Shown: piece by piece, positions 9,876 to 20,087 of the stretch
How positions within the stretch are numbered: the first letter of the stretch is position 1
How the letters are laid out: the number at the start of each line of letters is the position of its first letter
Source of the DNA: Candidatus Omnitrophota bacterium
GTDB taxonomy: Bacteria; Omnitrophota; Gorgyraeia; Gygaellales; Profunditerraquicolaceae
DNA: 64,000 nucleotides
Reading direction: 5' to 3'
NCBI GenBank assembly: GCA_035402765.1
Contig: DAONDX010000002.1
Location: 65,173-129,172, forward strand
Made by a program: the position numbers and the translations under genes
The notes under the pieces: generated by a model
The model's database searches: none
Told to the model about the DNA's origin: nothing
What the model saw: the letters and a program-made list of their open reading frames with translations, nothing else

Positions 9876-10216
9876 TCGATAAAAAAGATTTCCTTGAGCT
9901 TCTCAAAACGCTTCCGGCCCACCCCTTTAACCTCTTTTAATTCATCTAAACTGACAAATTCATGCTGAAGATTGCGGTATTCAATAATCCGCTGGGCTAA
10001 TTTCTCCGGGACACATTTTGTCCTGGTTAACTCGGCTAAAGTCACCTGATTAATATTTAGCCGGGCCAATTGAATTTGAGGATAAACTATCCCACTGATC
10101 CGGCAGTTAAGTTTAGCTAGGCTGTTTAAAATCAGCCCGGCCAGCCCTAAACTTAAGACAAATAACGCAACCTTCCTTTCCTCGGGAGTAAAATTAAGCA
10201 TAATTTTAACCGCCAT
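9872..10216 (-). CDS. comEA: ComEA-like helix-hairpin-helix DNA-binding protein
   Basis: 114 aa. TM anchor then tandem HhH (INQVTLAELTRTKCVPEKLAQRII...LKEVKGVGRKRFEKLKE). Confidence 0.7.
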   Translation of the reverse strand: MAVKIMLNFTPEERKVALFVLSLGLAGLILNSLAKLNCRISGIVYPQIQLARLNINQVTLAELTRTKCVPEKLAQRIIEYRNLQHEFVSLDELKEVKGVGRKRFEKLKEIFFIE

Positions 10217-10346
10217 GATTATATTTATCTAAATAAATAGACGTAAGCGGCTCTTTCATCTAACAAAAAATAGGCCTTGGACCGGCCGGGCAAAGAGAAA
10301 CAGCCGCTTTTTGAGCAGTTTCTGAATTGTAATCGCCGGGATTTTA

Positions 10347-10733
10347 GTGTATACTTGCTTTATGCCTAAAAAAATCCTGGTGATTGACGATGATTATAAC
10401 ATCGCCAAAAAAAGCAAGGAAGAATTAGTCAAGGCAGGTTATGCGGTAGTCGTTGCCTACAGCGCTAAAGAAGGAATGGAGAAACTTGCGGCGGAAAAGC
10501 CGGATTGCGTACTCCTGGATCTGGTTTTGCCGGATGAAAGCGGATTTAAAGTAGCTCAAGATATCAAAGCCCTGCCGGAATTTTTAAATACTCCGATTAT
10601 CGCCGCCTCCTTAAAACACGAAGAAGTCGACAAACATATCGCCGCCAAAAGCGGAATTACCGTATATGTCGAAAAACCCATTGATTATTCCAGATTGCTT
10701 TTTGATATTAAGGATGTCTTAAACGGGCAATAA
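10347..10733 (+). CDS. Stand-alone response-regulator receiver domain (CheY-like)
   Basis: 128 aa. DD pair (VIDDDYN), phospho-acceptor Asp in VLLDLVLPD, conserved Lys (VEKP). Confidence 0.8.
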   Translation: MYTCFMPKKILVIDDDYNIAKKSKEELVKAGYAVVVAYSAKEGMEKLAAEKPDCVLLDLVLPDESGFKVAQDIKALPEFLNTPIIAASLKHEEVDKHIAAKSGITVYVEKPIDYSRLLFDIKDVLNGQ

Positions 10734-10742
10734 TGCGGATAT

Positions 10743-13145
10743 TTAGATCACGATATTGACCAGCTTCTGCGGGACAACAATAAATTTCTTCGGAGTTTTT
10801 CCTTCCAGCCAGGGAATTATTTTTTGATCTGCCAAAATTAATTCTTTCAGTTTATCCTCGGAGACATCCCGGGTAACTTCAATTTTACTGCGTAATTTCC
10901 CGTTAATCTGGATCGGCATTTGGATACTTTCTTCTACCAATAGCTGAGGGTCATATTCAGGCCAAGCGGATTTAAAAATGCTTTCCTTGTTCCCTAGTAT
11001 CTGCCAAAGTTCCTCGGCAAAATGCGGGATAATCGGGCTTAGCATAATCACCAGACTGGAAAACACTTTTTTATCCGCGCCCAGCTGATAAATCGCGTTG
11101 GTCAATTCCATGAGGCTGGCAATCGCGGTATTAAATTTAAATTCGGCGAAATCCAGGCTTACTTTCTTGATCGTTCTATGTAAAATCTTGAGCATCTGGG
11201 GGCTGGCGCAGCCGGCTAAATTATCCTGAATTCTCCAGACCCGGTTTAAAAATTTAAATGCTCCTTCCAACCCCCGTTGATCCCACTCCAGCTCTGTCTC
11301 CGGCGGAGCCGCAAACAGAATAAACAGGCGTAAACTATCTGCGCCATACTCTTTGATCATAGAATCCGGGTCGACAATATTGCCCCGGGATTTTGACATT
11401 ACCTCGCCGTCTTTTAAAACCATGCCCTGAGTAAGCAGCTTCTCAAAAGGCTCGCCAAAAGAAACCATTTTTAGATCCTGAAAAAACTTGGTAAAAAATC
11501 GCGAATATAATAAATGCAGGATCGCATGTTCAATGCCGCCGATATATTGGTCTACTACCATCCAGTACTTAGCTTCCTGCACATCAAAAGGAGCGGTATT
11601 AAATTTAGGGGAACAAAACCTTAAAAAATACCAGGAGGAATCAAAGAAAGTAGCCATGGTATCGGTTTCCCTCCTGGCTTCTCCGCCGCACTGAGGACAA
11701 TTGACCCGCACAAATTCGCCTACTTTACCCAGCGGGCTTCCGCCCTCTCCGGTAAACGGCGCTTCGGCTGGCAATGCTACCGGCAAATCTTTCTCGGCCG
11801 CCGGGACGGTGCCGCATTTAGGGCAATAGATGATCGGGATCGGTGTCCCCCAATAACGCTGCCGCGAAATAAGCCAATCCCGCAGCCGCCAATGTGTCTG
11901 GATCTTTCCAAAATCTTTTTGCTCCATCCATTGCGCAATTTTAACTTTGGCTTCAGAATTAGGCAAGCCGTCAAACTCTCCGGAATTAACCTGAACTCCG
12001 TCCCCTTCATATGCCTCTGTCATCGCCTCAGCTGATAGCTGACGGCTGACGGCTGACGGCTGAATAACCACCCGCATCGGCAGCTTATGCTCGCCAGCAA
12101 ACAGAAAATCTCTTTGGTCATGCGTAGGCACCGCCATGATCGCGCCCGTGCCATACTCCATCAATACATAATCCGCTACCCAGATCGGCACCTCTTCCCG
12201 GTTTACCGGATTTACCGCGAAAGCTCCCGTGAAAACTCCCTCTTTTTTCACATCAGAAGATGTCCGCACAATCTTGCTTTGGCCGGCGGCCCGTTCAATA
12301 AAACGCAAAACCTCTTTTTCTTCCGGTTTTCCTTTAATTAGCTCCTTAACCAGGGGATGCTCCGGGGCCAGAACAATATAAGTTGCTCCAAAAATAGTAT
12401 CTACCCGGGTAGTAAACACCGGTATAATTTTACCGCTGCCCTTAAGTTTAAAATAAATATCCACCCCGCTGCTTTTGCCGATCCAATTATTCTGCATGGC
12501 CAAAACCCGTGGCGGCCAGGATTTCAATTTATCTAAATCCTCCAGCAGCTTTTCCTTATAGTCGGTAATCTTTAAATACCACTGTTCCAGGTCTTTTTGT
12601 TCCACCGGGGTATGGCATCTCCAACAACCGCCGTTGACCACCTCTTCATTAGCTAAAGTCGTTGAGCAGCTGGAGCACCAATTAACCGGTGAAGCCTTTT
12701 TATATGCCAGGCCGCGCTCAAACATCTTCAGAAATATCCATTGGTTCCACTTATAATAATCGCTATCGCAGGTAGAGATCTCTCTTTCCCAATCATAAGA
12801 AAAACCCATCTTTTTTAATTCCACTTCCATTTCTTTAATACATTTATGCGTCCAGATATCCGGCTTGGTTTTATTCTTAATTGCCGCGTTTTCCGCGGGC
12901 TGGCCAAAAGCGTCAAAGCCCATCGGATGCATGACATTAAACCCTTGCAGGGTTTTAAAACGGCTGGCCACATCCCCGATCGTATAATTACGGACATGCC
13001 CCATATGGATTTTACCGGAGGGATAGGGAAACATCTCCAGTAAATAGTATTTTTTCTTGGCCGGGTCAGCTACGGCGGAAAAAGTACGCTCCGCTGCCCA
13101 TTTTTTCTGCCATTTTTCTTCGATTGCTTTAAAATTATAATGCAT
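10743..13145 (-). CDS. leuS: Leucyl-tRNA synthetase
   Basis: 800 aa. HMGH (class [18 protein letters not shown]) and KMSKS (VMSKSRGN). CP1 editing domain and zinc Cys clusters. Confidence 0.95.
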   Translation of the reverse strand: MHYNFKAIEEKWQKKWAAERTFSAVADPAKKKYYLLEMFPYPSGKIHMGHVRNYTIGDVASRFKTLQGFNVMHPMGFDAFGQPAENAAIKNKTKPDIWTHKCIKEMEVELKKMGFSYDWEREISTCDSDYYKWNQWIFLKMFERGLAYKKASPVNWCSSCSTTLANEEVVNGGCWRCHTPVEQKDLEQWYLKITDYKEKLLEDLDKLKSWPPRVLAMQNNWIGKSSGVDIYFKLKGSGKIIPVFTTRVDTIFGATYIVLAPEHPLVKELIKGKPEEKEVLRFIERAAGQSKIVRTSSDVKKEGVFTGAFAVNPVNREEVPIWVADYVLMEYGTGAIMAVPTHDQRDFLFAGEHKLPMRVVIQPSAVSRQLSAEAMTEAYEGDGVQVNSGEFDGLPNSEAKVKIAQWMEQKDFGKIQTHWRLRDWLISRQRYWGTPIPIIYCPKCGTVPAAEKDLPVALPAEAPFTGEGGSPLGKVGEFVRVNCPQCGGEARRETDTMATFFDSSWYFLRFCSPKFNTAPFDVQEAKYWMVVDQYIGGIEHAILHLLYSRFFTKFFQDLKMVSFGEPFEKLLTQGMVLKDGEVMSKSRGNIVDPDSMIKEYGADSLRLFILFAAPPETELEWDQRGLEGAFKFLNRVWRIQDNLAGCASPQMLKILHRTIKKVSLDFAEFKFNTAIASLMELTNAIYQLGADKKVFSSLVIMLSPIIPHFAEELWQILGNKESIFKSAWPEYDPQLLVEESIQMPIQINGKLRSKIEVTRDVSEDKLKELILADQKIIPWLEGKTPKKFIVVPQKLVNIVI

Positions 13146-13146
13146 A

Positions 13147-13995
13147 TTATTTCCTGCGTAATTTTCTGACCAAAGCTAAATTTTCCTGGTCACTGGTTGC
13201 CGTGCTTTTAGGCGTTTCTAAGATCATCGGGATATCTTTTAATTTAGGGTGGTTAATAATTCTCTTCATGCCGGCCAAACCGATATGCCCTTTGCCGATA
13301 TGGTCATGCCGGTCGTGATGGCAGCCCAATTCTCCGGCGGCATCATTAAGGTGGATCAATTTGATCAATTTCGTCCCCACCATCTCCTGGATCTCTTCGA
13401 TCATTTTTTCCAGGCCCTCCTTGGTGGATAAATCATATCCGGCTAAATAAGCATGCGCCGTATCTAAACATAAACCTACGCGGGATTTTTCTTTTAGGCC
13501 TTTTAAGATCTTCTGCTGGTGATAAAACCTGTAACCCAGCCAGGACCCGGAACCGGAAGTATTTTCCAGTAAAATGCCTACTTTGGAACCCTGGGTTTTG
13601 GCGAGGATCCTATTTAATGCCTCCACCAGCCGCTTGATCCCGGCATCCTCAGAGGTTTCCTTATGGCTGCCCATATGCGTCACGATATAATCGGCTCCCA
13701 GTTTATCCGCTTCCTGAATATCTTCAATATAGGCCTGAATAGAACCGTTATAAAGCCGAAGGTCAGGAGAAGCTAAATTGATCAAATAGGAGATATGAAT
13801 AAAAACCGGATCAATTTTAAATTTTTTACGCCGGAGGTTAAATTCTTTAATATCCTCGGAAGCAAGCTGGAAGCCGTTGCGCCAAGACTGCGGCGAACGG
13901 GCAAAAATCTGCATGGTATCAGCGCCCAAACTGCTGGCCACATCTAATGATTGGTAGATCTTCCCTGCTCCGGAAACATGCACGCCTAGAATCAT
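13147..13995 (-). CDS. nfo: Endonuclease IV (AP endonuclease family 2)
   Basis: 282 aa. HLND...HHDRHDHIG metal-binding signature of Nfo. Confidence 0.9.
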   Translation of the reverse strand: MILGVHVSGAGKIYQSLDVASSLGADTMQIFARSPQSWRNGFQLASEDIKEFNLRRKKFKIDPVFIHISYLINLASPDLRLYNGSIQAYIEDIQEADKLGADYIVTHMGSHKETSEDAGIKRLVEALNRILAKTQGSKVGILLENTSGSGSWLGYRFYHQQKILKGLKEKSRVGLCLDTAHAYLAGYDLSTKEGLEKMIEEIQEMVGTKLIKLIHLNDAAGELGCHHDRHDHIGKGHIGLAGMKRIINHPKLKDIPMILETPKSTATSDQENLALVRKLRRK

Positions 13996-14096
13996 AATGT
14001 TTAGATTATACCCCCGACTAAAATGAGCGTCAAGGTTATAGTTGACAATACTTTTTCGGGGTGATATATTTAAAGCACTAATTTAGCTAAATCTTT

Positions 14097-14172
14097 GGGG
14101 CTGTAGCTCAGCTGGGAGAGCACTTGCATGGCATGCAAGGGGTCAGGAGTTCAATCCTCCTCAGCTCCACCA
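14097..14172 (+). tRNA. tRNA-Ala (anticodon GGC), 3' CCA encoded
   Basis: Hand-folded cloverleaf. Acceptor GGGGCTG/CAGCTCC with G3:U70 Ala identity pair. D arm GCTC/GAGC. Anticodon loop AT-GGC-AT. T arm AGGAG-TTCAATC-CTCCT. Terminal CCA. Confidence 0.9.
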
Positions 14173-14262
14173 TTTTTTAAGTTCAGGAATTTTGCGCACA
14201 TATAATCGCTGGCGCAATTGCCTTTAGTCATATCCTAATAGTAAATCATTTATCCCAAACTT

Positions 14263-14345
14263 GCTGGAGTGGTGGAATGGCATACACGTCGGTCTCAAAA
14301 ACCGATGGGGGCAACTCCGTGAGGGTTCAACTCCCTCCTCCAGCA
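14263..14345 (+). tRNA. tRNA-Leu (anticodon CAA), class II long variable arm, CCA not encoded
   Basis: Acceptor GCTGGAG/CTCCAGC, discriminator A. Anticodon stem TCGGT/ACCGA, loop CT-CAA-AA. 15-nt variable arm. T arm GAGGG-TTCAACT-CCCTC. Confidence 0.85.
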
Positions 14346-14446
14346 CTAAATATTGAAGCCTAATCTGCCGAAGCTTTAATGACGGCAGCTGCCTTCTTGG
14401 GAGTTATTTTTTAAACTTAACCCGCCGAATCTTAACGGCGGGTAAT

Positions 14447-15073
14447 TTATTGGGAACCGGTTTTATTCAAATACGGGACAATGACCTGGTATACACGCTT
14501 GGCGATCATCTGATAACCGCGGGCATTCGGATGGAAAAAATCGCTTTTCATGGCGGGATTAGTAATAATTTTATTCAACAGCACCGGGATAAATATTGCT
14601 TTTTTCTGGGCAGCCAGCTTTTTAAAAGCCTGGCGATACTCCTGAAAAAATGCTCCCGCGCTGATATCGACCAAAGCCACCATCGCGCCGGCCTGCTGAA
14701 TCCGGTCAATAATGATCCCTAAATTTTCAACCGTATTCTTCTTGGAAATTTTTCTAAGAAAATCATTTCCGCAAAATTCTACGATTACCAGCTTCGGATC
14801 CTTGCTTAAAACATCGTTTTCCAGGCGCTCTAAAGCCTCAAAAGTAGTATCCCCGTCCACCCCGGCATTAATGACCGGAAAACTGAGTAATTTACTCAAA
14901 CCCGCAGGATAATCTTCGCCGGGATTAGCGCCATATCCGAAAGTGATACTGTCTCCGAAACAAATAATATTTTCTCCCTTAGCGGCCAAGTTGGCTATTT
15001 CGGGTTTAGCGCCGCAACCGTTTAAGATAAACAAAAACAGGATAAAAAATAAACCGCTTTTAATTTTGCTCAT
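14447..15073 (-). CDS. SGNH/GDSL-family hydrolase lipoprotein
   Basis: 208 aa. Lipobox LNGCG. GDSL block ICFGDSITFGYG. Catalytic His near C-terminus (DFFHPN). Confidence 0.75.
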   Translation of the reverse strand: MSKIKSGLFFILFLFILNGCGAKPEIANLAAKGENIICFGDSITFGYGANPGEDYPAGLSKLLSFPVINAGVDGDTTFEALERLENDVLSKDPKLVIVEFCGNDFLRKISKKNTVENLGIIIDRIQQAGAMVALVDISAGAFFQEYRQAFKKLAAQKKAIFIPVLLNKIITNPAMKSDFFHPNARGYQMIAKRVYQVIVPYLNKTGSQ

Positions 15074-16091
15074 ATTTTAACCTTAATTGGCCGCAAGCCG
15101 CATCAATATCCTGCCCGCGCTTGCGCCTTAATGTCACATTCAATCCGGCATTAAATAAGTAATCTTTAAAAGCATCTATTTGCGCCTCATCCGGCGGTAA
15201 AATTTTTGCTTCCGGTACGCAGTTTGCCGGAATTAAATTTACTTTAGCTAATCTTAAATCTTTTAACAGCCTGACTAAATTTTCTGCCGCAGCAAGCTGC
15301 GCATTAACCCCTTTGATCAAAATATACTCAAAGGTGATCTGCCGGTTCGTGCGGGCAATATATTCCCGGCAGCATTTGATTAATGCCGGCAGCGGATATT
15401 TATTATTTACGGGCATAAGTTTGCTGCGGGTTAAATCATCAGCCGCATGCAAAGATATGGAGAGTTCAATTTGTAAATCCTCTTGCGGCAGCCTTTCTAT
15501 CCCCGGAATGATCCCGCAGGTAGAAATGGTAATTCTTCTGGCCCCGATATTAAAAGCCGCCGGCAAATTAATTACCCGGATCGCCTTGAGCACATTATCA
15601 TAGTTATCTAAAGGCTCCCCCGTGCCCATAAATACAACGTGCGTTAAAGGCTGGACTTGCTCCTGATGCTTTAAATAAAGCACCTCATCTAAAATTTCAC
15701 CGCTCGTTAAATTGCGTTTAAATCCTTTAATTCCGCTGGCGCAGAAATTACAACCGAACTTACAGCCTGCCTGCGAGGAGATGCAGCCCGTGCTATAACC
15801 GGACATCGGGATATTTACCGCTTCCACCAGGTTTTGATCAGTTAATTCAAAAAGAAATTTCGCTGTTCCGTCGCTAGAGGACTGTAAATCCGCCAGAGCC
15901 AAGTTTAAAATACTGAATTCTTCGCTTAAACGCTCTCTTAAAGATGCCGGCAGGTTGCTCATCCGGTTAAATTCATAAACGCCTTTTTGATAAATCCAGC
16001 CCAAAATCACCTTGGCATAGTACTTGGGGCCGCCCAGGGAAAGCAATTTGGCTTCCAGCTCTTTTTGGGTTAATTCCTTAATATCCTGCAT
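15060..16091 (-). CDS. rlmN: 23S rRNA/tRNA A2503/A37 C2-methyltransferase RlmN (radical SAM)
   Basis: 343 aa. CxxxCxxC (GCKFGCNFC). Second conserved Cys in ISTCG region. RlmN-family order of motifs. Confidence 0.85.
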   Translation of the reverse strand: MQDIKELTQKELEAKLLSLGGPKYYAKVILGWIYQKGVYEFNRMSNLPASLRERLSEEFSILNLALADLQSSSDGTAKFLFELTDQNLVEAVNIPMSGYSTGCISSQAGCKFGCNFCASGIKGFKRNLTSGEILDEVLYLKHQEQVQPLTHVVFMGTGEPLDNYDNVLKAIRVINLPAAFNIGARRITISTCGIIPGIERLPQEDLQIELSISLHAADDLTRSKLMPVNNKYPLPALIKCCREYIARTNRQITFEYILIKGVNAQLAAAENLVRLLKDLRLAKVNLIPANCVPEAKILPPDEAQIDAFKDYLFNAGLNVTLRRKRGQDIDAACGQLRLKYEQN

Positions 16092-16102
16092 CGGTTAAAT
16101 TC

Positions 16103-17605
16103 CTACTTTCTTAACTGCTCTTTATCAATTTTACCGACACGATTTTTAGGAAGCGCAAGACAAAATTCGAAATAATGCGGGATCTTAAAATGCGCCAGAT
16201 GCTGACGCAGGAAATAGCGCAGATCTTCGGTAGAAATACTTTTTCCTTCTTTGACCACTACAAAAGCTTTGGGGACTTCTCCTCTTAATTTATCGGTTAT
16301 GCCGATTACGGCGGCCTCAGCGATATCCGGATGTTTAAGTAAGCTTGCTTCTACTTCCGGCTCAAAAACAATCTCTCCGCCAACCTTAAGCATTTCTTTT
16401 TTTCTGCCTACAATATAAAGAAAACCCTCGGCATCAAATTTACCTAAATCGCCGCTATAAAACCAGCCTCCGCGGATAGTCGAGCGGGTTAACGGCTCAT
16501 CTTTAAAATATCCGGCCGTGACTACCCAGCTTTTAACTACTACTTCGCCGATTTCTCCGGCGGGCAGCTCCTGTCCATCCTCTGAAAATATTTTGACCTG
16601 GATCCAGGGAGCAGGACGGCCCACGCTTTCGATATTTTTAGAACCCATCGGCAAGACTACCGTAGGGGCATTGGTTTCGGTAAGGCCCCAGCCATTTAAC
16701 AGATAAGTGCGCGGGCAGAATTGCTGAAACCGGCGCAAAGCCTCCGGTGAATTTGACGCCCCGAAAGTAACGATCCAGCGCAAACTCGACAGATCAAAAG
16801 TCTCAAATTCTTTTAATTGCAAAAGCGCATAATACATCGAGGGGACAATCCAGAAGAAATTAACTTTATAATTCTGGATATTTCTTAAAAAATCCAGCGG
16901 CATAAAGCGTTCCATTAACACCAGGGTCAGCCCGAAAACAATGGTATTCTGGATATAGATCAGCCCCCCTAAATGCGAGAAGGGCAAAGCGCATAAAGTT
17001 GTGTCAGCCGGGCTAAGATCCGAATTCACAAAAAAAGCCATGGATTTCGGCGGGGCATCCAGCTGGGCATAACTGATCAAAACTCCTTTAGGTTTACCGG
17101 TAGTTCCGGAGGTATAAAAAATTATGGCGCAATCCTGCTCACGGACGGCTACCGCGGGGCTTAAGCTAGCTTGCGCAGATACTAACTCCTCAAAACTTAA
17201 TGCGCCTTCAGCTGGAGACTGGCAGGAAATAATATTCTCCAATAAAGGCAATTCAGACTTAAGCCTGGCGAATGAAATGTTGGCCTTGTGTTTAGTAATC
17301 AGAATTTTAGCTTCGCAATGGCTAAGACAGGAAAGGATTTCATCTTCGGTGAGCATAAAATCCAAAGGCACGCTGCAAGCCCCGATCGACCAGGTCGCTA
17401 AATAACTTAAAATATATTCCGGCCAACTGGGCAGGTAAATTGCTACTTTATCGCCGGGCTTTACTCCCAGTTTAAGCAGACTCTGGCTAAGCGCAAAAAC
17501 TTTATTCTTTAGCTGAGCAAAAGAAATTTGCTCCTGGCGAAAGATAATTGCTGTTTTATGCGCGTAGTTTTTGGCGCTTGCTTCTAAAACCTTAACAATA
17601 TCCAT
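16103..17605 (-). CDS. AMP-dependent acyl-CoA synthetase/ligase
   Basis: 500 aa. AMP-binding box YTSGTTGKPKGV. Downstream GWGLTE, YSGDLG and hinge K (KNRVGKIDK). Confidence 0.85.
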   Translation of the reverse strand: MDIVKVLEASAKNYAHKTAIIFRQEQISFAQLKNKVFALSQSLLKLGVKPGDKVAIYLPSWPEYILSYLATWSIGACSVPLDFMLTEDEILSCLSHCEAKILITKHKANISFARLKSELPLLENIISCQSPAEGALSFEELVSAQASLSPAVAVREQDCAIIFYTSGTTGKPKGVLISYAQLDAPPKSMAFFVNSDLSPADTTLCALPFSHLGGLIYIQNTIVFGLTLVLMERFMPLDFLRNIQNYKVNFFWIVPSMYYALLQLKEFETFDLSSLRWIVTFGASNSPEALRRFQQFCPRTYLLNGWGLTETNAPTVVLPMGSKNIESVGRPAPWIQVKIFSEDGQELPAGEIGEVVVKSWVVTAGYFKDEPLTRSTIRGGWFYSGDLGKFDAEGFLYIVGRKKEMLKVGGEIVFEPEVEASLLKHPDIAEAAVIGITDKLRGEVPKAFVVVKEGKSISTEDLRYFLRQHLAHFKIPHYFEFCLALPKNRVGKIDKEQLRK

Positions 17606-19092
17606 TAGAATCCATACCAGTAATTAACCAACGGTTTATTTTCGGCAGACTGATCGATAATTACGCTTTTAACCCGGGAATATTCCAGGAAACCCTGCCG
17701 GCCCAGCTCTTTGCCAAATCCGCTTTGTTTAAATCCCCCGTAAGGCAGTTCGTTATAAAACGCGCCATAGGTATTGATCCAAACCGTGCCGGCGTTTAGA
17801 TTGCCGGCTAACTCTTGCGCCAAATATAAATCCTTGCTCCAGATACAGGCGGCCAAACCAAAATCTACGCTGTTGGCTAAACTCGCCGCTTCATCTGAAC
17901 CTGAAAATTTGTGGATTAAAACTACCGGCCCGAAAACTTCCTCTTTAAAAATGTGTGAATGGACTCCCACATCCACTAATACCGTCGGTTCAAAAAAATA
18001 ACCGTTCTTTAATTCCGGGTTTTCCGGTATTTTCCCGCCGCAGATCACTTTAGCGCCTTCAGCTTTAGCTTTATCGATATAGGCAATCACTTTTTTGCGC
18101 TGGGCATCACTGATCAAAGGCCCCATTTGCGTCTCAGGATTATCAGCTAAACCTAATTTTATGCGTTTGGCCTTTTGCACGAAACTATCCAGAAAACTGT
18201 CGTAAATGGCCTCCTGAACAAAAATCCGGGACATGGCTGTACACATTTGGCCTTGATTAAGAAAAATGGAGGTCAGCGAACTGTTGACCGCCACATCTAA
18301 ATCTACATCATTAAATATCAAGCTGGCAGATTTACCTCCCAGCTCCATAATCATCTTTTTCACATTTTTCGAAGCATATGTCAGGATCTGTTTGCCTATT
18401 TCACTGCTGCCGGTGAAAGAAATCATATCCGCCCGCTTATCCTCACAAAGCGCCTGGCCGATTTTTACTCCGCTTCCGTTAATTACATTCACTACCCCGG
18501 GCGGCAAGCCGGCGGCATGGATAATCTTGGCCAACTCTAAAGCCGACAGCGGAGTCAGGCTGGAAGGTTTTAAGATCACGGTATTGCCGGCGGCCAGAGC
18601 CGAAGCCATTTTCCAGCAGGCCATTAAAAGCGGATAGTTCCAAGGCACAATTAAAACCACTACCCCCATCGGCTCGCGGATTATTTTTCCTTTGGCGTCG
18701 GAGGAGACATTGACCTCTTCCTGGCTTAAATAATCAATAAAATTATTCGCGATAAACTCGAAAGTTTTAGCGCAGGAGGGAATATCCATAAAAGTAGTTT
18801 CTTTGATCGGCTTTCCGGTGTTCTGCATTTCCAATTCCGCAAGCATCCCGGCATTGTCTAAAATTCCCTGGGCGATCCGGAAAATAAAATTTTTACGCTC
18901 GATTAAAGAAAACTGCGGCCAGGGACCCCGGTCAAAAGCTTCCCGGGCAGAAGCCAGCGCCAGGTCTACTTCTTTATCAGAAGCCAAAGAAGCTTCGGCA
19001 ATGACTTTGCCGGTCGAAGGATTGATAATATTTTGTTTCTCGGCCGTTTCGATAAATTGTCCGTTGATATAAAGCGGGCATTTAGAATTCAT
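17605..19092 (-). CDS. NAD(P)+ aldehyde dehydrogenase
   Basis: 495 aa. ALDH Glu/Cys sites (MELGGKSA; NQGQMCTAMSR). Confidence 0.9.
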   Translation of the reverse strand: MNSKCPLYINGQFIETAEKQNIINPSTGKVIAEASLASDKEVDLALASAREAFDRGPWPQFSLIERKNFIFRIAQGILDNAGMLAELEMQNTGKPIKETTFMDIPSCAKTFEFIANNFIDYLSQEEVNVSSDAKGKIIREPMGVVVLIVPWNYPLLMACWKMASALAAGNTVILKPSSLTPLSALELAKIIHAAGLPPGVVNVINGSGVKIGQALCEDKRADMISFTGSSEIGKQILTYASKNVKKMIMELGGKSASLIFNDVDLDVAVNSSLTSIFLNQGQMCTAMSRIFVQEAIYDSFLDSFVQKAKRIKLGLADNPETQMGPLISDAQRKKVIAYIDKAKAEGAKVICGGKIPENPELKNGYFFEPTVLVDVGVHSHIFKEEVFGPVVLIHKFSGSDEAASLANSVDFGLAACIWSKDLYLAQELAGNLNAGTVWINTYGAFYNELPYGGFKQSGFGKELGRQGFLEYSRVKSVIIDQSAENKPLVNYWYGF

Positions 19093-20087
19093 TAGCTGAT
19101 CCTCACTTCTTTAAATAACGCAAACAGCCGGGTAAAAGGGACATACCACTTGGAAAGCTGGCCTAATTGTCCGCTTAATTTCATCTTGCCTTGGGTAACC
19201 GCGACAAATGAATCCAGCTTGCCTAAAAATACCTGCTCCCATACGGGGCTCGGCGCAGAAATTACAAAAGGAGCATCGCTATCGGTATCTAATTTTATAA
19301 TTTTCCCTTCTTCAAAATTAAATTTAAAAACCGCTTCGCTGTTATCCAGCTTGATGGCTAATTTTACCGTCAGGCCCAGCTCTTTGCCTTTCTGGGCGAT
19401 AAAGGCATCCTGATTGACTAAATCCACAATCGCCTGGATATGTTCCCGGCTAAACATGCGGTATACCGGCTGGGTGCGCTTTAAATCCTCTTTCAGCGCG
19501 CTATCTAAATCATCTAAAATATCTTTATCCCATAGCCGGGCGATGGAAGCGCTTTTTACCGCCTCCTCCAAAGCCTCGGTAATACTTAAAGCATCCTGAA
19601 ATTTATCTCCCATTGCCACCGTCCCGTGATTCTTTAAAACTACCAGATTATTGGTTTTTAAGGCGGCAATTACAGGCTCGGTGTCGGTTACCGTGGGCGT
19701 TTCCTGCGGAATGACGGGAATATCCCCAAGATAAAACTTAGTTTCAAAGCTCATGGCTTTCAGGGCCTTGGCCACGGCAAAATATCCGTTAATTAACGGC
19801 GGATGACAATGCACCAGGACTTTAGCCGCAAAATTTTTATAAACCAAACTATGCAAAGGTAATTCCGAACTGGGCTTTAATTCTCCTTCAAATTTTGCGC
19901 TCGCCAAATTCACCTTAACAATATCGCTTTCTTTTAATTGGCCTAAGAATGTCCCGGTGCCGGTGATCAAAATATTTTCCTGGTCAATCCGGCAGCTTAA
20001 ATTCCCGGATTTAGCTACAGCCAAACCTGCGGCATAAAGCCTTTTACCGACCTCAATAATTTCTAACCGCAACGCTTGATCAGACAT
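19092..20087 (-). CDS. Class II aldolase/adducin-domain protein (MtnB/Ald2/FucA-like) fused to a C-terminal SCP2 sterol-carrier-like domain
   Basis: 331 aa. N-terminal ~210 aa with class II aldolase metal-binding His (LVHCHPP, KNHGTV). C-terminal ~110 aa SCP2-like (FVAVTQGKMKLSGQLGQL). Confidence 0.65.
   Translation of the reverse strand: MSDQALRLEIIEVGKRLYAAGLAVAKSGNLSCRIDQENILITGTGTFLGQLKESDIVKVNLASAKFEGELKPSSELPLHSLVYKNFAAKVLVHCHPPLINGYFAVAKALKAMSFETKFYLGDIPVIPQETPTVTDTEPVIAALKTNNLVVLKNHGTVAMGDKFQDALSITEALEEAVKSASIARLWDKDILDDLDSALKEDLKRTQPVYRMFSREHIQAIVDLVNQDAFIAQKGKELGLTVKLAIKLDNSEAVFKFNFEEGKIIKLDTDSDAPFVISAPSPVWEQVFLGKLDSFVAVTQGKMKLSGQLGQLSKWYVPFTRLFALFKEVRIS

Noticed and set aside
12040-12064. 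Tandem 7-bp repeat (CTGACGG x3, preceded by CTGATAG) inside leuS
   Set aside because: It is in-frame (21 bp), short, and encodes an ordinary stretch ([10 protein letters not shown]). It is probably incidental, at most a minor slippage-prone site.
14346-14446. Possible terminator hairpin after tRNA-Leu (CTGCCGaagctttaatgaCGGCAG)
   Set aside because: The loop is long (12 nt) and the T-tract is displaced, so it is too weak to call.
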